This document shows, in pieces, positions 9,866 through 21,341 of a stretch of DNA of 34,082 nt. This stretch comes from Callorhinchus milii (taxonomy: Eukaryota). Position 1 is the stretch's first letter, and every line of letters begins with the position of its first letter. The position numbers were made by a program, and so were the translations under genes. The stretch lies in NCBI RefSeq assembly GCF_018977255.1, contig NW_024705569.1:1-34082 (forward strand). The letters run 5' to 3'. Below the pieces are notes generated by a model. That model did not search any database and was not told the DNA's origin. It saw only the letters and a program-made list of their open reading frames with translations.

Positions 9866-12800
9866 TCACGGCAGGTGGTGGAGTTGGCTCCAGCAGCAAA
9901 GTCGGGAGTCGGCGGACCCCTCACACGTTTGGCTACGCGTGTGTGTGCGAGGAACACGGGGCGGCGTAATGAACGGTTTCAACCTGGAGGGGTGCACGTA
10001 CCACCGACGCTTCCCCCACTTGACGCGTACACATTGCGACCGCAAGACCTGTATGACCTCCACGGGCCCCCGCTACAGCCGTACCAGCTTCGACGAGGTC
10101 GCCAGTGGCACCTCGGGACAGTGCAACCATGCCCTGTCCCCCGGTTTCCATTGGAGCACATGTGCCCGCCCCAGCCTAAGCCTCTCATTCGCCCTTTGGC
10201 GGAGTTCCGAATTTTGCATGGCCACCTCCCGCGCCTCCGTTAATTTCCCGATGTTAAATTTAACGTGGTCGCACAATTTCGAGTTTGCCTGCGGCGTCGA
10301 GAGCTTCAGCTGAGTCGCCACAGGCGGGTTAGCCTCGCGGCCATACATTAAGAAAAAAGGTGAAAATCCGGTGGCCGCATGGGGAGCCATCCTGTAGGCT
10401 TGCAAAACACCCGCAATGTGAAGGTCCCAATCGGTCTGGAATTCCAATACCTGCTGGGACAGCATGGACGTGATAGTCCGATGCAGCCGTTCCACCATCC
10501 CGTCAGTTTGCGGGTGATATGGGGAGGTTCGAATTTTCTCCGTACCCAAGAGGTCGCACAGCTCGCGGAGGAGTTTCCCCAAAATTTTTTACCCTGGTCG
10601 GTCAGAAGCCGTTCCGGAGCACCTTTGTCGAGGACGTAGCCCTGGACAAAGGCCTCCATGACGGCTGCTGCCGACTGGTTGGCCAGGGGCCAGGCCATGG
10701 GCCATCTCGTGAAGTATTCGACCCCTGTCAATAAGTACCTATTTCACCTGGGTGTAACGGGAAATGGCCCGAGAATATCCAGTGCAACGAGCTCGTTAAT
10801 CCGGGAAACCTTTATCGACTGCAGCGGAGGGTTGGACCCCCTCGCCGGGGGCTTCCGCTGCGCGCATTGAGTGCACGACCCCAGGAGATCCCCCACGTCC
10901 TTTGCCATGCCCGGCCAGAAGAAATCGAGCTGGAGCATGGCAAGGGTCTTGTGAGTCCCCAAGTGCAGGAGCCGCTCATGCGCAGCCCACACCACTTTAC
11001 CCCTCAATGCTGAAGGCACCACCAGCCATTGGCGGCGGGATTTCCCGTCCCAGTGCATTAAAAGCCCCTGGAACAACCCCCACGAGTCAACGTTCGCCGC
11101 CCCCTGACCAACCCCCCCGATGCGACGGCGCAAAGCGAGGAGGGAGGTGTCCTCCATTTGGAGGCGTCCCCACTCCGCAACGGACAACCCCAGCAAGGAA
11201 TCCCTCCCTTCTTGCTCGATAGGACCCGAAGTTGAAGGCGCATCGGCGGCGGCCACAAGGACCGAATCAGTGGTCACGTTCGGAGGCCTACAACGCCCCG
11301 AACCCAAGAGGCAAGCGCACTCTGAAGTGGGCGGCAACCGCGACAGAGCGTCAGCGTTCGTGTGGCGGACGCCCTTACGATATGTGGTGACAAAATCGTA
11401 GTCTTGGAGAATCTCCAACCATCGAGACAACTGTCCCGATGGTTGTTGAATCCGCAAGGCGTACTGCAGCGCCGCATGATCTGTACGGACGGTGAAACGC
11501 CGACCGTACAGATATGGGCGGTACTGCTGAATGAAATAAACGATCGCCAATAGTTCACGACGGGTAACGCAGTACCGTTGTTCCGCCGGAGACAACACCC
11601 GACTACCGTAAGCCACCACATGCTCTACGCCCCAATGAGCTGGGACAGCACGCCCCCAATGCCCGTGTTACTTGCGTCTGTATCGAGCAAGAAGGGTTGT
11701 GAGAAATCGGGGTAATTCAACGGCGGAGCCCCCACCAGGGCATTCCGGAGGGCGCGAAAAGCAGCCTCCTCCTCCGGCCCCCAATGAAACCTGACTCCCT
11801 TGGACGTCAAGGCATGCAATGGTTTCGCGATCGTAGCGAAGTCAGCCACAAACCGTCGGTAGTACGACGCGAACCCAATGAAACTCCTGACCTCTCCCAC
11901 CGAGGTGGGAGTCGGCCAGGAGCTGACGCATTCCGTTTTGGCGGGATCAGTGGATATCCCCGAGCGCCCAACAATGTGACCCAAATACCGCACCGATTCG
12001 CGGAGCAAATGGCACTTCTGCGGTTTAAATTTCAAATTGGCAGCCCGCATTTTGAGAAAAACAGCACGCAACCTCTGGAGGTGTTCATCGAATGATTTGC
12101 TAAAGACGATGACATCGTCCAAGTAAATTAAACACGAATCCCATTGCAAGCCTGCCAAGACCAGTTCCATTAACCGCTGAAAAGTTGCCGGCGCAGAATG
12201 TAAACCCATCGGCAAGCGGTTAAATTGGAAAAGGCCGTGCGGTTTAGATTCGTCATCCAGAGGAAGCTGCCAGAATCCAGAAAGTAAATCCAGGGTGGAA
12301 AAGAATCGCGCCCCCGCCAAGGCATCGAGCGACTCATCCATTCGAGGAAGCGGGTACGCATCTGCCACAGAAATTTTGTTCAACGCCGAAAGTCGACACA
12401 AAACCGCAGTGAGCCGTCGTGTTTTTTCACCAAAACGATCGGCGCGCCCCACGGGCTGTTGGAAGGGGAAATGATATCGGCGGCTAGCATGTCATCAACA
12501 GCCGATTTGACATGATCCTTTTCGGCGGGACTCAACCGAAAGGGATTTTGGCGGATTGGCGCGCTGTCACCCGTGTCAATATGGTGTCGCAGCAATTTAG
12601 TACAACCAATATCAAATTTGTGTTGACTAAAAACGTCGGCAAATTCTTTCAGGAGAACTCGCAGCTGCTCACGCTGCGAGTCGGACAGGTCCACTGATCC
12701 CGCGCAAAGCGCATCCAGCCATCCGTCATCACAGTCCGAATGCGGTCGCGACGGAGGATCGGTGCTCACCTGACCCACGAGCAGTTCCTCACAGGGTGCC

Positions 12801-13450
12801 GGCGTTGCGTGTGCAAGCACGGTCCCTTGAGGAACCACGGCCGTTCGCGATCCCACATTAAGGACTGCAATGAAGGGGTCCCCATCCCCTTTCACCATGG
12901 TCTGAGCCGCTAGCAAATCGGGTCCATTGACCCCGGCTCGAGATGGTCCCAACAAGACCCCCCGATCCGCAACCCCCTTTGCAAACGGCCGACGCAACCT
13001 AAGAGGGACGAGCATCTGAGCTCCCGGGGTACGCGTACAGTTTTTGCCACGAGCGCCTGCACGGTCGCAAATGCCCGACGCTCCGTGGCGGGGGAAGACA
13101 AAAACATTACACGTCGGCCCGACGGGAGTTCGATGCACCCCTGGTCGATCAATATACGGATAGGCATTTTGGCCAAGAAATCCGTCCCCAACAGGCACGG
13201 AACCGCCAGCGAGGAGGAAACCAATACCGGCCCGGATAATTTAATGTCCCCAATGCAAATTTTGGCGCGGATTTGCCCAATGATGCCCAGCGAGCCCCCG
13301 TTAGCAGCATAGCATGGCACGTCAACGGGGAGCAAAGGACGACTTTGAACGGGAAGGATGTTATAAATCAAATCAGATATAATGGTCGCCGATGCTCCCG
13401 TGTCAATTAAAATCCACACCTCAACCCCATCAATGTGACCGACCACGACC
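9866..13450 (-). pseudogene. pol: Gypsy pol pseudogene (protease, RT, RNase H, integrase)
   Basis: ILIDTGASATII (PR); PWGAPIVLVKK, FCVDFR, LIYLDDVIVF (RT); LDTDASNTGIG, TDHAAL (RNase H); HHCC, LDILGPFP, TDQG, YHPQTDGMVER (IN); GPY/F-like region. Stops at 10744 and 10073; frameshifts near 12380, 11625 and 10585. Confidence 0.93.
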
Positions 13451-13499
13451 GACGATCCCGCCGACGCAGCAACGACACGATGGGCGAGCTCCGACCACT

Positions 13500-14833
13500 G
13501 ACCCGGTTGGAGCGCTCGCCGCATTTCAGAACACTCCGACGCAACGCCGGCGATTTCGAGCCCTGTTTGTTTCAGCGAGTGAGTGTGTGACAGATGTGTG
13601 CATGGGCCAAACGTGTGAGGTGCCACGACTTGCCGTATTTCTCTGCTGGAGCTTGGGTGGAGGCGGCGCGGCATCCCGACGAGGTGTCGCTCCGCGCTGT
13701 CGAGGAGCCCGGCATCCTGAAGCCACGTGGCCTTGAAGGCCACAGTTGTAGCAGCGTGTGAGCGCCCCAGATGGCCTGGGCTGCTCCTGGCGGCTCGGTC
13801 CATTCCGAGCCTGTGGTCCCGCAGATCTCTACTCCCCGGTCGCTCCACTCCGCAGACCTCCTCCGATGGGAGGGTGGTAGCCGCCATGGCATGGCCGGCC
13901 ACCCCCTTGCCGGTCTTGCGATGCAGGGACCGCAAGCCCGCGTGGATGTGGCGCGCAACCAGCAAGGAAGACATCTCTGCGTCGTCTTGTGCCAAGACGG
14001 TGACGTCCAACTCGTCCGCGAGTAGCAACAGCTTTTCCGCCACCATGGCGTCCACTCCCTCCTCGTCCATCCGCAGACAAGCTGCCTTTGCCAGGGCCAA
14101 CTGCAGCGTGGCCAACTGCAGCGTGGCGCACTTGTCCTTAGGCGCCGAGGTGAGGGTAGCCAGGGCGTTGTTATCCAGCATTGCCGGCAGCGCGCGTAGT
14201 GCTTCGCTGTCCGTCCAATTCGCCATCTCCTGATGAGCGAGGAATCGTCTCTTGAAGCCACCTCAGTCCCCGTCCGTGCCCACGAACTCTTTGAGAGGCA
14301 GTAGTCGCTGCTGTAACGCGATGTCCGTGGTCGTGGATCGCGCTCCGTCGTTCCCGGCACTCTGTACAGTGTGGGCGGGCTGCGCATATGGCATCGCCGG
14401 TCGCTCCGTTGGCGACGCGCTGGCCGGTGTTGATGACGTCGCAGCTTCTACTTGGCCCTCGGTGGTCACCTGACGCGGGCCGGCTCCGCCCTCTGCTCCC
14501 ACTGTAGCGATGGCGGGATAATTTGAGTGCGAGCCGCGTCGAGGTGGCGGGAAACGGCGCTGCGCGTCGGCCGCTGTCATCCCGTACAGCATCTCCAGCC
14601 CCCAGCCGCGTGATCTCCTCCAACGTGGCGGCCGCAGCGTAGAGCAGCTCCGCCAGGCGGGAGTGAGCCAGCCGAAGTCCCTCGGCCGATGCTCCCCACC
14701 CTTCCTGTCGTTGCGGCGCGGGTGTACTCAGCCCCGGCTGCTCGGATCCAACTTCGGCCATCTCTGGTGCCGAGTCGGCCGAGGTGTCCTCCATCTCCGG
14801 CTCCCTGGTACGAGTCGTCCCTCGTGTGTCCAT
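13500..14833 (-). pseudogene. gag: Gypsy gag pseudogene
   Basis: ATG at 14833; segment LLPLKEFVGTDGD*GGFKRRFLAHQEMANWTDSEALRALP; CCHC knuckle CYNCGLQGHVASGC at ~13712-13753; several frameshifts and a stop. Confidence 0.85.
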
Positions 14834-14844
14834 CGTTGAACGAT

Positions 14845-14858
14845 CACTTCTGACCCCA
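14845..14858 (-). promoter_or_regulatory. Primer-binding site, tRNA-Leu type
   Basis: Minus strand TGGGGTCAGAAGTG, 2 nt inside the LTR end; one mismatch to the tRNA-Leu PBS TGGTGTCAGAAGTG. Confidence 0.75.
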
Positions 14859-14860
14859 GA

Positions 14861-15422
14861 TGTAGTAAGTTGCAGGAGGCTCGGACGACGTAGTTGGAGG
14901 CACACTTATTTATGAATACCAACTTATGTACAGCAACGGGAATACACAGCACTTGAAGGGGTATCGGCCCCTTCACCCGTCTAACAGTGAGACCCAATGT
15001 CTAACCCCGCTAACCTACGCCCGGGTCCTCCACTATGGAGCTAGGGGAGGCTACCTATCCCAGCCCTGGTCAAGCTGGGATCCCGGCATCCTGAGTCTCC
15101 AAACCGGCTCTTATAAGAACGTCAGTCTGGACTCTCGGGGCCACGCCACCGGCTTTCCCTGGTCGGTCCTGACAAGGACAGCGAGCCAGGGGAGCTCTGG
15201 GGCCTATTCTAGCTGGTCTTCACTCTTCGCTGGTTTAAGCTAACACTGGACCTCGAGCCCTCCGGCTCACCACCTTTGATAGCAATCGGCCCCCGGGGGG
15301 GGGCCGTGGGGGATGCAGGTGCGGACGTCGGTGTGAGCACCTCCTCTGTGTACGGCCCTAACCACGCCCCTTGTGTTTGTTACCCATCCGTACCCATACA
15401 TCTTTGCAATTACACCTCTACA
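14861..15422 (-). repeat. 5' LTR of the Gypsy element (~562 bp)
   Basis: TGTAG...CTACA termini; adjacent to the PBS; distal end cacctctaca is shared with the solo LTR at 22330-23102. Confidence 0.75.
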
Positions 15423-16451
15423 CATGTTTTAAATACGTTTTTATTCCTTGATGCTGTTGATGAAAATTAATCTCATGGTTGTTATCAAGGGCACCCCCCC
15501 AAATCGTAGCTTTGGCTACCGAGGGGGGGCAAGGCACCCCTGCCCCCCACGATAGTTATGCTGCTGCCACTGGGTTAGAGGCAACCTAAAAGTTAAGACA
15601 TTGCCTGCTCAAATGAGACAAGACAGCGATCATCTCCTGTTTTACAGCAATGAGCCTTTTATGGAAATGTCACATTCCTATACTAGGCACGAGTCTCTCC
15701 ATCGTCGGACAACCATTGTTGACGTCCCCACAATGTGGTACTTATTTTATGGACCCTGTAGGGATGATGGACTGAAACTCAAGATCATTTTAATACAGTA
15801 CTTGCATTCATATTGTACCCATGTCTGATCACGCGATTGTTTAGCCTAAGGGACCTACTAATGGCAGCTGTCCCTTTGCAAGACAAAGTGAACAGAGCAC
15901 CGGCCTGCAAGTGGGCATTAATTGGTCTGCGAGTAGGTTGCAGTGTCGCTATTTGTTATTCTGATTAAGTAAGATGTGGCCAGTCTACTTATGCCTGGTT
16001 TCCACTGCCATTGGGAAGCCGGCTCTGCCGGCCCAGTAAAGTACTGGCCCAGCACATCACCTAGGCCCAGATCGGTGTCCCAACTTAACGCACCATGTGG
16101 CTCCATGAGCTTAAACAACAATACTTAGCTTTCCCCCACCCTGGATAAACTACAGGCAGGTAGGATTTAAGAAACTTGCACCATGATTGCAACTGCCATG
16201 CTGGAAGGTCGATTCAAACCGTCGACCTCCATATTAGGAACTGCGCTAGTGCTAATGATTGCACTATGACAGTGCCCTGGCTAGGGTAGGTGACCCTTGT
16301 CAGGAATCGCTTTAATTGGTTCTGTGTCACAGCTTCTGAGCTTGAGAGATACATGCTAAACTTCAGGAATACCTACAATTGCACATGCGTGGCTTTCATA
16401 GAATGAGGTGTTTACACAAAAACCTATGCACAAATCTAAAGGGGTCCTTAA

Positions 16452-16757
16452 TCTTCCCCTCGAACACTCAAACAATATCGCGGACCACTGCCAGGAGATC
16501 CATCACCACCATCAACACCGGTGCCACCGCCACCACTGCTGGTGCCAAAACCACTTAGTAAGGCAAACTCTATGAATTTGTTTGGGAACTTCACTGGTCA
16601 GCCACCACTGGATGATCCACCACCACCCCCGTGTCTGCAGGCCGATCCACCACCGGCAACGCCACCTAAGCGCCCGCCACCTAAGCGCCAGCCACCACCG
16701 CCATCCGATCGACCTCGATCACCACTGGTAACAAAAAAGCCCAAAAAGGCCCAATAA
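16452..16757 (+). pseudogene. Degenerate paralogue of the repeat-containing exon at ~21200-21400
   Basis: Collinear with 21230-21380 and holds about two 33-bp-type units; stops TAG-TAA (16556-16561) and TGA (16613) in the homologous frame. Confidence 0.55.
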
Positions 16758-17000
16758 ACGTATATGTAAATTACTTCCAATAGACCCAGTCCTTCCTGAT
16801 CAGGAATCCTTATTCCTTAGGCCCACTGCCTCCTGATCAGGAATCCTCACTCCTTAGACCTGGCTGTTAATTTTAATAGCCACTAACTGAAAATCGGCAG
16901 GCACAACCCACACAAGGATATCTAAACTGATGTTCAAAATTATTCTTTGGTTTTTTCGGTAAAGTCACGTATAAAGATAAAATAATAAATTAAATAATAG

Positions 17001-17045
17001 CATACGACGTTTCGATTGCAACACAATCAATCATCATCAGGTATA
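17001..17045 (-). ncRNA. Minimal hammerhead ribozyme motif (inverted-arm copy)
   Basis: Reverse complement of 17172-17216 with one stem II mismatch. Confidence 0.65.
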
Positions 17046-17171
17046 ATGAAATAGCGACATAGAATCTAACCAGAAAACCGTAGACAGACATATAAGCAGA
17101 CAGATATCACCAAAATAGAGAGAGCAACCCAGGTACAGAGAGGGGTGATCGTCTCTGTGTCGCTATTTCAT

Positions 17172-17216
17172 TATACCTGATGATGATTGCTTGTGTTGCA
17201 ATCGAAACGTCGTATG
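17172..17216 (+). ncRNA. Minimal type I hammerhead ribozyme motif
   Basis: tatac-CTGATGA-t-gattgc(ttgtgtt)gcaatc-GAAACGTC-gtatg: intact core, stem II, stem I, GUC site, palindromic ACGT stem III. Confidence 0.75.
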
Positions 17217-17334
17217 CTATTATTTAATTTATTATTTTATCTTTATACGTGACTTTACCGAAAAAACCAAAGAATAAATCCTGCAGTCACGAAAGCTCCA
17301 AAATTAATATTGATGTTCAAAACGTAAATTTTGT

Positions 17335-17780
17335 TATGTTTTAAAACCCGTCGAGAAATAAATTGTTGGACCGTTAAGTGTCGTCATTGCACTTTCGATG
17401 TTTTGCTTTCGATGTTGTGTTTGTCACGCCAAAATAATTGCCACATTTTGCTTTCTATAGAGCATTGGTGGGAGAGGGAGGACAACTGTGGAAGAAAAAA
17501 ACCGGAGCTTTATTTGGAGTGATAGGCCATGTAGCCTTTTTACAGCATTATGCAGCAGAAAAAAGGTTATGCCACTCAACTGATTCAGAGTAAGACCTCC
17601 GCTCTCAAATCGGAGCAGGTCATAACGAAACTGCCCAGGTATGGGAACGCTTACACTCTTTCCTTAACTGCCCTATCATGCGGAGTTGAAGGGGGTGGGA
17701 GTACTTGAAGACATAAACTATCCAGGCAGGTACTGCTGTGATTTGATAGGGCGTATGGTAAGCGATCATCTCTCGTTTGT
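17335..17780 (-). mobile_element. RTE-clade LINE reverse-transcriptase relic
   Basis: Homologous to 22236-22329 joined to 23107-23460; includes the FPYLGS motif region (ctgcccaggtatgggaac). Confidence 0.7.
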
Positions 17781-18399
17781 ATGTATGTTGAATTTATTTT
17801 GCACCGTATATAGCCAACCACACTAATCAGAGATGCTAACAAGGTGCGTAGAGTCGGGAGGGGCTTGGGTCGAGACGGCTCAAGCCCTTTTATTGGCAGG
17901 GAGCAGTGGCGCGAGACCCCCCACCGGGGGAGGGTGGTGGGGCGGTGTCTCTGCGGTCACGTGCGCCGGTTATACACGTTTTATTATTATTGAAATTTGC
18001 ATAGTATATAACGCAATTAAATGTTACAACTAATTTGCAAAGAAAGCGAGCCGCTTGTGTTAAAGACATGAGTTAAATTTCGACAAAAAACCCCATAAAT
18101 AATAATACACAACAGAGAAGCGTCCCTGAGGAAAATATAAACAACAACAAAGACGGGCAGACAAGTGTCTGCCCAACACAGATTCGTCTCGGCACGCACA
18201 CTCCTCGTTTCGTACACCCCTCCATCCGACATAGCCAATGAATGAAAGTTGTCATGTCGTGAATAACACACACTGTCAGTTTCTTCATGCGTGAACAGCA
18301 GAAGCAGCGGCAGCAGCAACGACCACGTTAGAGAGAAGTCCACACAGCACCCTGAACAATCGAGTTCCCCAGTAGAGGTGGAGAGTGGGGTTCAAAACG

Positions 18400-18568
18400 C
18401 CGGTCTGTTACGTCACAAGCAGCGTGGTTGCAGTAGCCCACGTGACCGTGCTCTAGGGAACGCCCCCACCGGAACGTCGCAGTGACGTCACTATAGTGGA
18501 CGTGACGTCACTCTTGCGACGCCACTCAGTCACAACGGTCAGACACGCACAGCAGCTCCCAAGCGAGG
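18400..18568 (+). promoter_or_regulatory. CpG-rich putative promoter with two full CRE sites
   Basis: TGACGTCA at 18483-18490 and 18503-18510, TTACGTCA ~18408, CACGTGAC ~18439, CCGGAA ~18469; ATG in gaggATGG about 60 nt downstream. Confidence 0.55.
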
Positions 18569-18803
18569 ATGGGGTATCCCGAGGTGCTGCTTGACCTCTT
18601 ATGGCGAGTGTTGTACAACTGGATCAGCACTGTAGGAGAAGGAGATGTCTTCGGGAATCCCTGCGACAGCTGCCCTTGCGAGCTGCCCCCAAAAGCTAAC
18701 CCCTCCATAGGCATCGACGCAGTGATGGCTGCAATCTTGGCGTTCATGGCATCGTCCGTGATGTTCTGGGCCATGCTCTACTTTTATGTCTGCAATAGCT
18801 ACA
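18569..18803 (+). CDS. Candidate first coding exon of an unrecognised single-pass membrane protein
   Basis: Strong Kozak context; MGYPEVLLDLLWRVLYNWIST...CDSCPCELPP...IDAVMAAILAFMASSVMFWAMLYFYVC (TM helix); consensus donor |gtaagt, phase 1. Confidence 0.6.
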
Positions 18804-19031
18804 GTAAGTGCGTATATCGGTCTCTATGTGAGTCATGAGTCTCAAGGGCTATGTGTGTCTGTCTTTATGTGCACCTCAGTGGCTCTGTGTGTCTAAGTAT
18901 ATATGTGCGCTTCTATGTGTCTCTGTGCACATCTATAGGTCTCAGTGTGTGTCTATGTGCACTTGTGAATCTCTGTGCAAGGGATTCTATCGGTCTATGT
19001 GTGTGTCCATGGGACCGTGTGCATGTTTATG

Positions 19032-19335
19032 TGGGGAACGGTGGGGTAGCGGTTAGCGTGCTGCGTTACAAACGTGATGACCCGAGTTCGATTCTTGCTC
19101 ATGGCTAACACCAGTAATGATTATTGAAACCAGTCCTGGCCCTCCCTGAGGTCGACTAAACCTCAAATGAGTACCTGGTACAGCGTGTAAAAACATCGCC
19201 ACTGGGGAGACAAAGGCGGTCGGACGTGGTGTTCACCACCCACCCCCTCATGCACGTGCCGGCCTGCATAGGTTTTCGATAACTGCACTTGTCCCAACAG
19301 TCTGTTAAGGCTATATGGATGATGTTTGTCTTTTT
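19032..19335 (+). mobile_element. Full-length tRNA-derived SINE, family A
   Basis: A box tggggtagcgg, B box gagttcgattc, core gaggtcgactaaacctcaaatgagtacctgg, 3' acagtctgttaagg...tttgtcttt. Confidence 0.8.
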
Positions 19336-20027
19336 GTTTCTGTGTCAATGTGTCTCTGTGCGTGTCAGCGTGCCTCAGAGCGTGTTTATGTGTCTATGTG
19401 CTTCTGCGGTTCTCCGTGTAGGTGAGAATATTCATTTCAGTGTGTTTATTGGACTGTATGCACATACATGGGTCTCATTCTAAGTCAATAGATCTCTGCA
19501 AGTATAAGTGTCTCGGTGCACATCTATTTGTCTCGTGAGTCTAAGGGTCTATGTGCATGCCTGTTTGAAGTTTTTATACTTGGGCAGTGTGCTAATAACC
19601 AACTTCAGTTTGGCAGCCAAGGTCTCAATCTGAATTATTTGAGCGCATTATATATCCATGAGCTGTGTAACACTGTGTGAAAGATACCTAGCCTGTGACT
19701 CCATACAAAGTTTCGGGTCTTCTAGGCCACAGTTATAGCCTCCCTTCTCTATTCTTGAGAAACGTGGAGCCCTCGAAAGGAACATCTGAGCCTGGTTTGA
19801 TACATTCAGGCTGGCCAGTTGTAGAGAGAGACTGGATTGTGCGAGCTCACAGATCCTTTGAAAAATCTGGACACAGTCCCATCATTGAGCTCCTCCAGCA
19901 AGCCAGGCTGCGCTGACTGGGTCATGGAGCCCAGCCAAATGGACCTGGACCGTACTGAGACTGAGCACAAGGCGGGAAGGGGGGCGCAGGCATTGACTCA
20001 GACATGATCATATGTTGCCTGTTTCAG

Positions 20028-20081
20028 CTGCACCTTCATTTAATACAATAACATATTCGCAGGCATTTTACACAATTGTCC
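20028..20081 (+). CDS. Possible 54-nt symmetric exon (TAPSFNTITYSQAFYTIV)
   Basis: cctgtttcag| ... |gtacgt, phase 1/1, open frame; it could be skipped without changing frame. Confidence 0.3.
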
Positions 20082-20137
20082 GTACGTTTTTCTCCCTCGT
20101 TCCATTTGCGAGATCCATAAGATGACGACTCTTGCAT

Positions 20138-20259
20138 TTCGATTTAAAGCTTTCGTGACTGCAGGGATTCATCTTCTTGGTTCTTTCGGTAAAGTCACGT
20201 AGAAGGGAAGTAATAAAATACTTCCCTTCTACGTGACTTTACCGAAAGAACCAAGAAGA
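20138..20259 (-). mobile_element. Penelope-like terminal insertion: 34-nt tail plus a perfect 41-bp hairpin, 14-bp TSD
   Basis: Arms 20172-20212 and 20219-20259; TSD gacgactcttgcat at 20124-20137 and 20258-20271. Confidence 0.8.
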
Positions 20260-20870
20260 CGACTCTTGCATCTTAACACCTGTTTTATTGCCAGAAATAG
20301 TGAAACCTATTCCTATTTTTCATACTTTGATACTGGCAAAAGTTCCCATGATATAGCTGCTCACTCCGAGCTATAAATGCTCTGATAGGGAATTGTCTTT
20401 GTACTATTCGCCTTTTTGCGTTCTCTGGGCTGATACTGGTGAGGCTAGGCCATAAAGAAGACTGTCTCTGGTGTAGGCCAATCAATGTCAAAGACAATAT
20501 ATTATCAGAGGAAGTTCGTTTGCATGTTCTCCACAAGTATGTGGTTAATGCAGATGTGATTCCTTACAAAGGTTTCTATTTGTTGTTTGAACATCGTAAC
20601 ACCTGTTTTATTGCCAGAAAGAGTAAAACGTATTCTTTTTTTTTACTTGTGAATTATGTACGTAGATATAGTTCATGGGCTTGTGGACAGGCAAGATATT
20701 GCTATTACGAAGCCGTAATTGTCACAGCCCTGATGTGTTATATGTCATTTTTGGTGTGACTGAAAGGATGTACATTATATAAGCGATATAGTTTGAAGAG
20801 TTGCGATTATTCGAAGGCTAGTGTAGGAGCTAATGTTGACCAAACTGTCAATGATTTCCTTGCACCCAAG

Positions 20871-21196
20871 GATACAAACGGGAAAATTCGGAGCTCAATC
20901 TGCAATTGGAGATGATGCGTCGACAACTCAAGGAGCTGAAGAAAGCCACGGCCATGGTCTCCACCAACACCACCACTGCCTCCAACGTCACCCTGATAGC
21001 CACATGCAGTTCTGCCGCCACCATCGGGGATGCTGCTGGGAGATGCATCGACACCCCCACCCCGACTGCTTCTGGCATATCATTCACTCCCACCGCCATG
21101 GTGGCTGATGTTGGCAGATATAGCGCTGCCACCCCGGATGATGCTGGCATCTCCAACGCCGCCACCACCAAGGACCAACCCAGCTCATGCTGGTAG
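20871..21196 (+). CDS. Candidate last exon: coiled coil YKRENSELNLQLEMMRRQLKELKKA then a Thr/Ala-rich region; may originally extend through the array to TAG 22232
   Basis: Acceptor atttccttgcacccaag|, phase 1 matching the exon at 18569-18803; open to TAG 21194-21196. Confidence 0.5.
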
Positions 21197-21341
21197 ATGC
21201 ACCACTGCCACCCCAGCTTCTGCCGGGATATACACCACCACCATCAACATTGGTGCCAACACCACCGCCTGTGCCAAAGCCAGCAGGATCACCAAATTGC
21301 GTAATTTCGTTCACGAACTCCACTGGTCGGCTACTACTGGA

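Larger units (their letters stand above)
9866..15422 (-). mobile_element. Gypsy/Ty3 LTR retrotransposon, decayed, 3' LTR missing
   Basis: Order LTR-PBS-gag-PR-RT-RNaseH-IN on the minus strand; integrase after RNase H is the Gypsy domain order. Confidence 0.95.
16940..17310. mobile_element. Penelope-like fold-back insertion with 124-bp inverted arms, a 33-nt tail and a 12-bp TSD
   Basis: Arms 16940-17063 and 17154-17277 (2 mismatches); TSD tgatgttcaaaa at 16928-16939 and 17311-17322. Confidence 0.8.

Noticed and set aside
18017..18343. Divergent minus-strand ORF with a leucine-rich start
   Set aside because: GTG start with no in-frame upstream ATG; the Leu run comes from a short CAG-like repeat. 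A divergent transcript is not excluded
18526..18774. Minus-strand ORF MAQNITDD...
   Set aside because: Antisense shadow of the better-supported plus-strand exon
20274..20640. Direct repeat taacacctgttttattgccagaaa (~20274, ~20597) with a related copy near 3415
   Set aside because: Probably an old dispersed repeat or LINE fragment; no diagnostic motif to classify it
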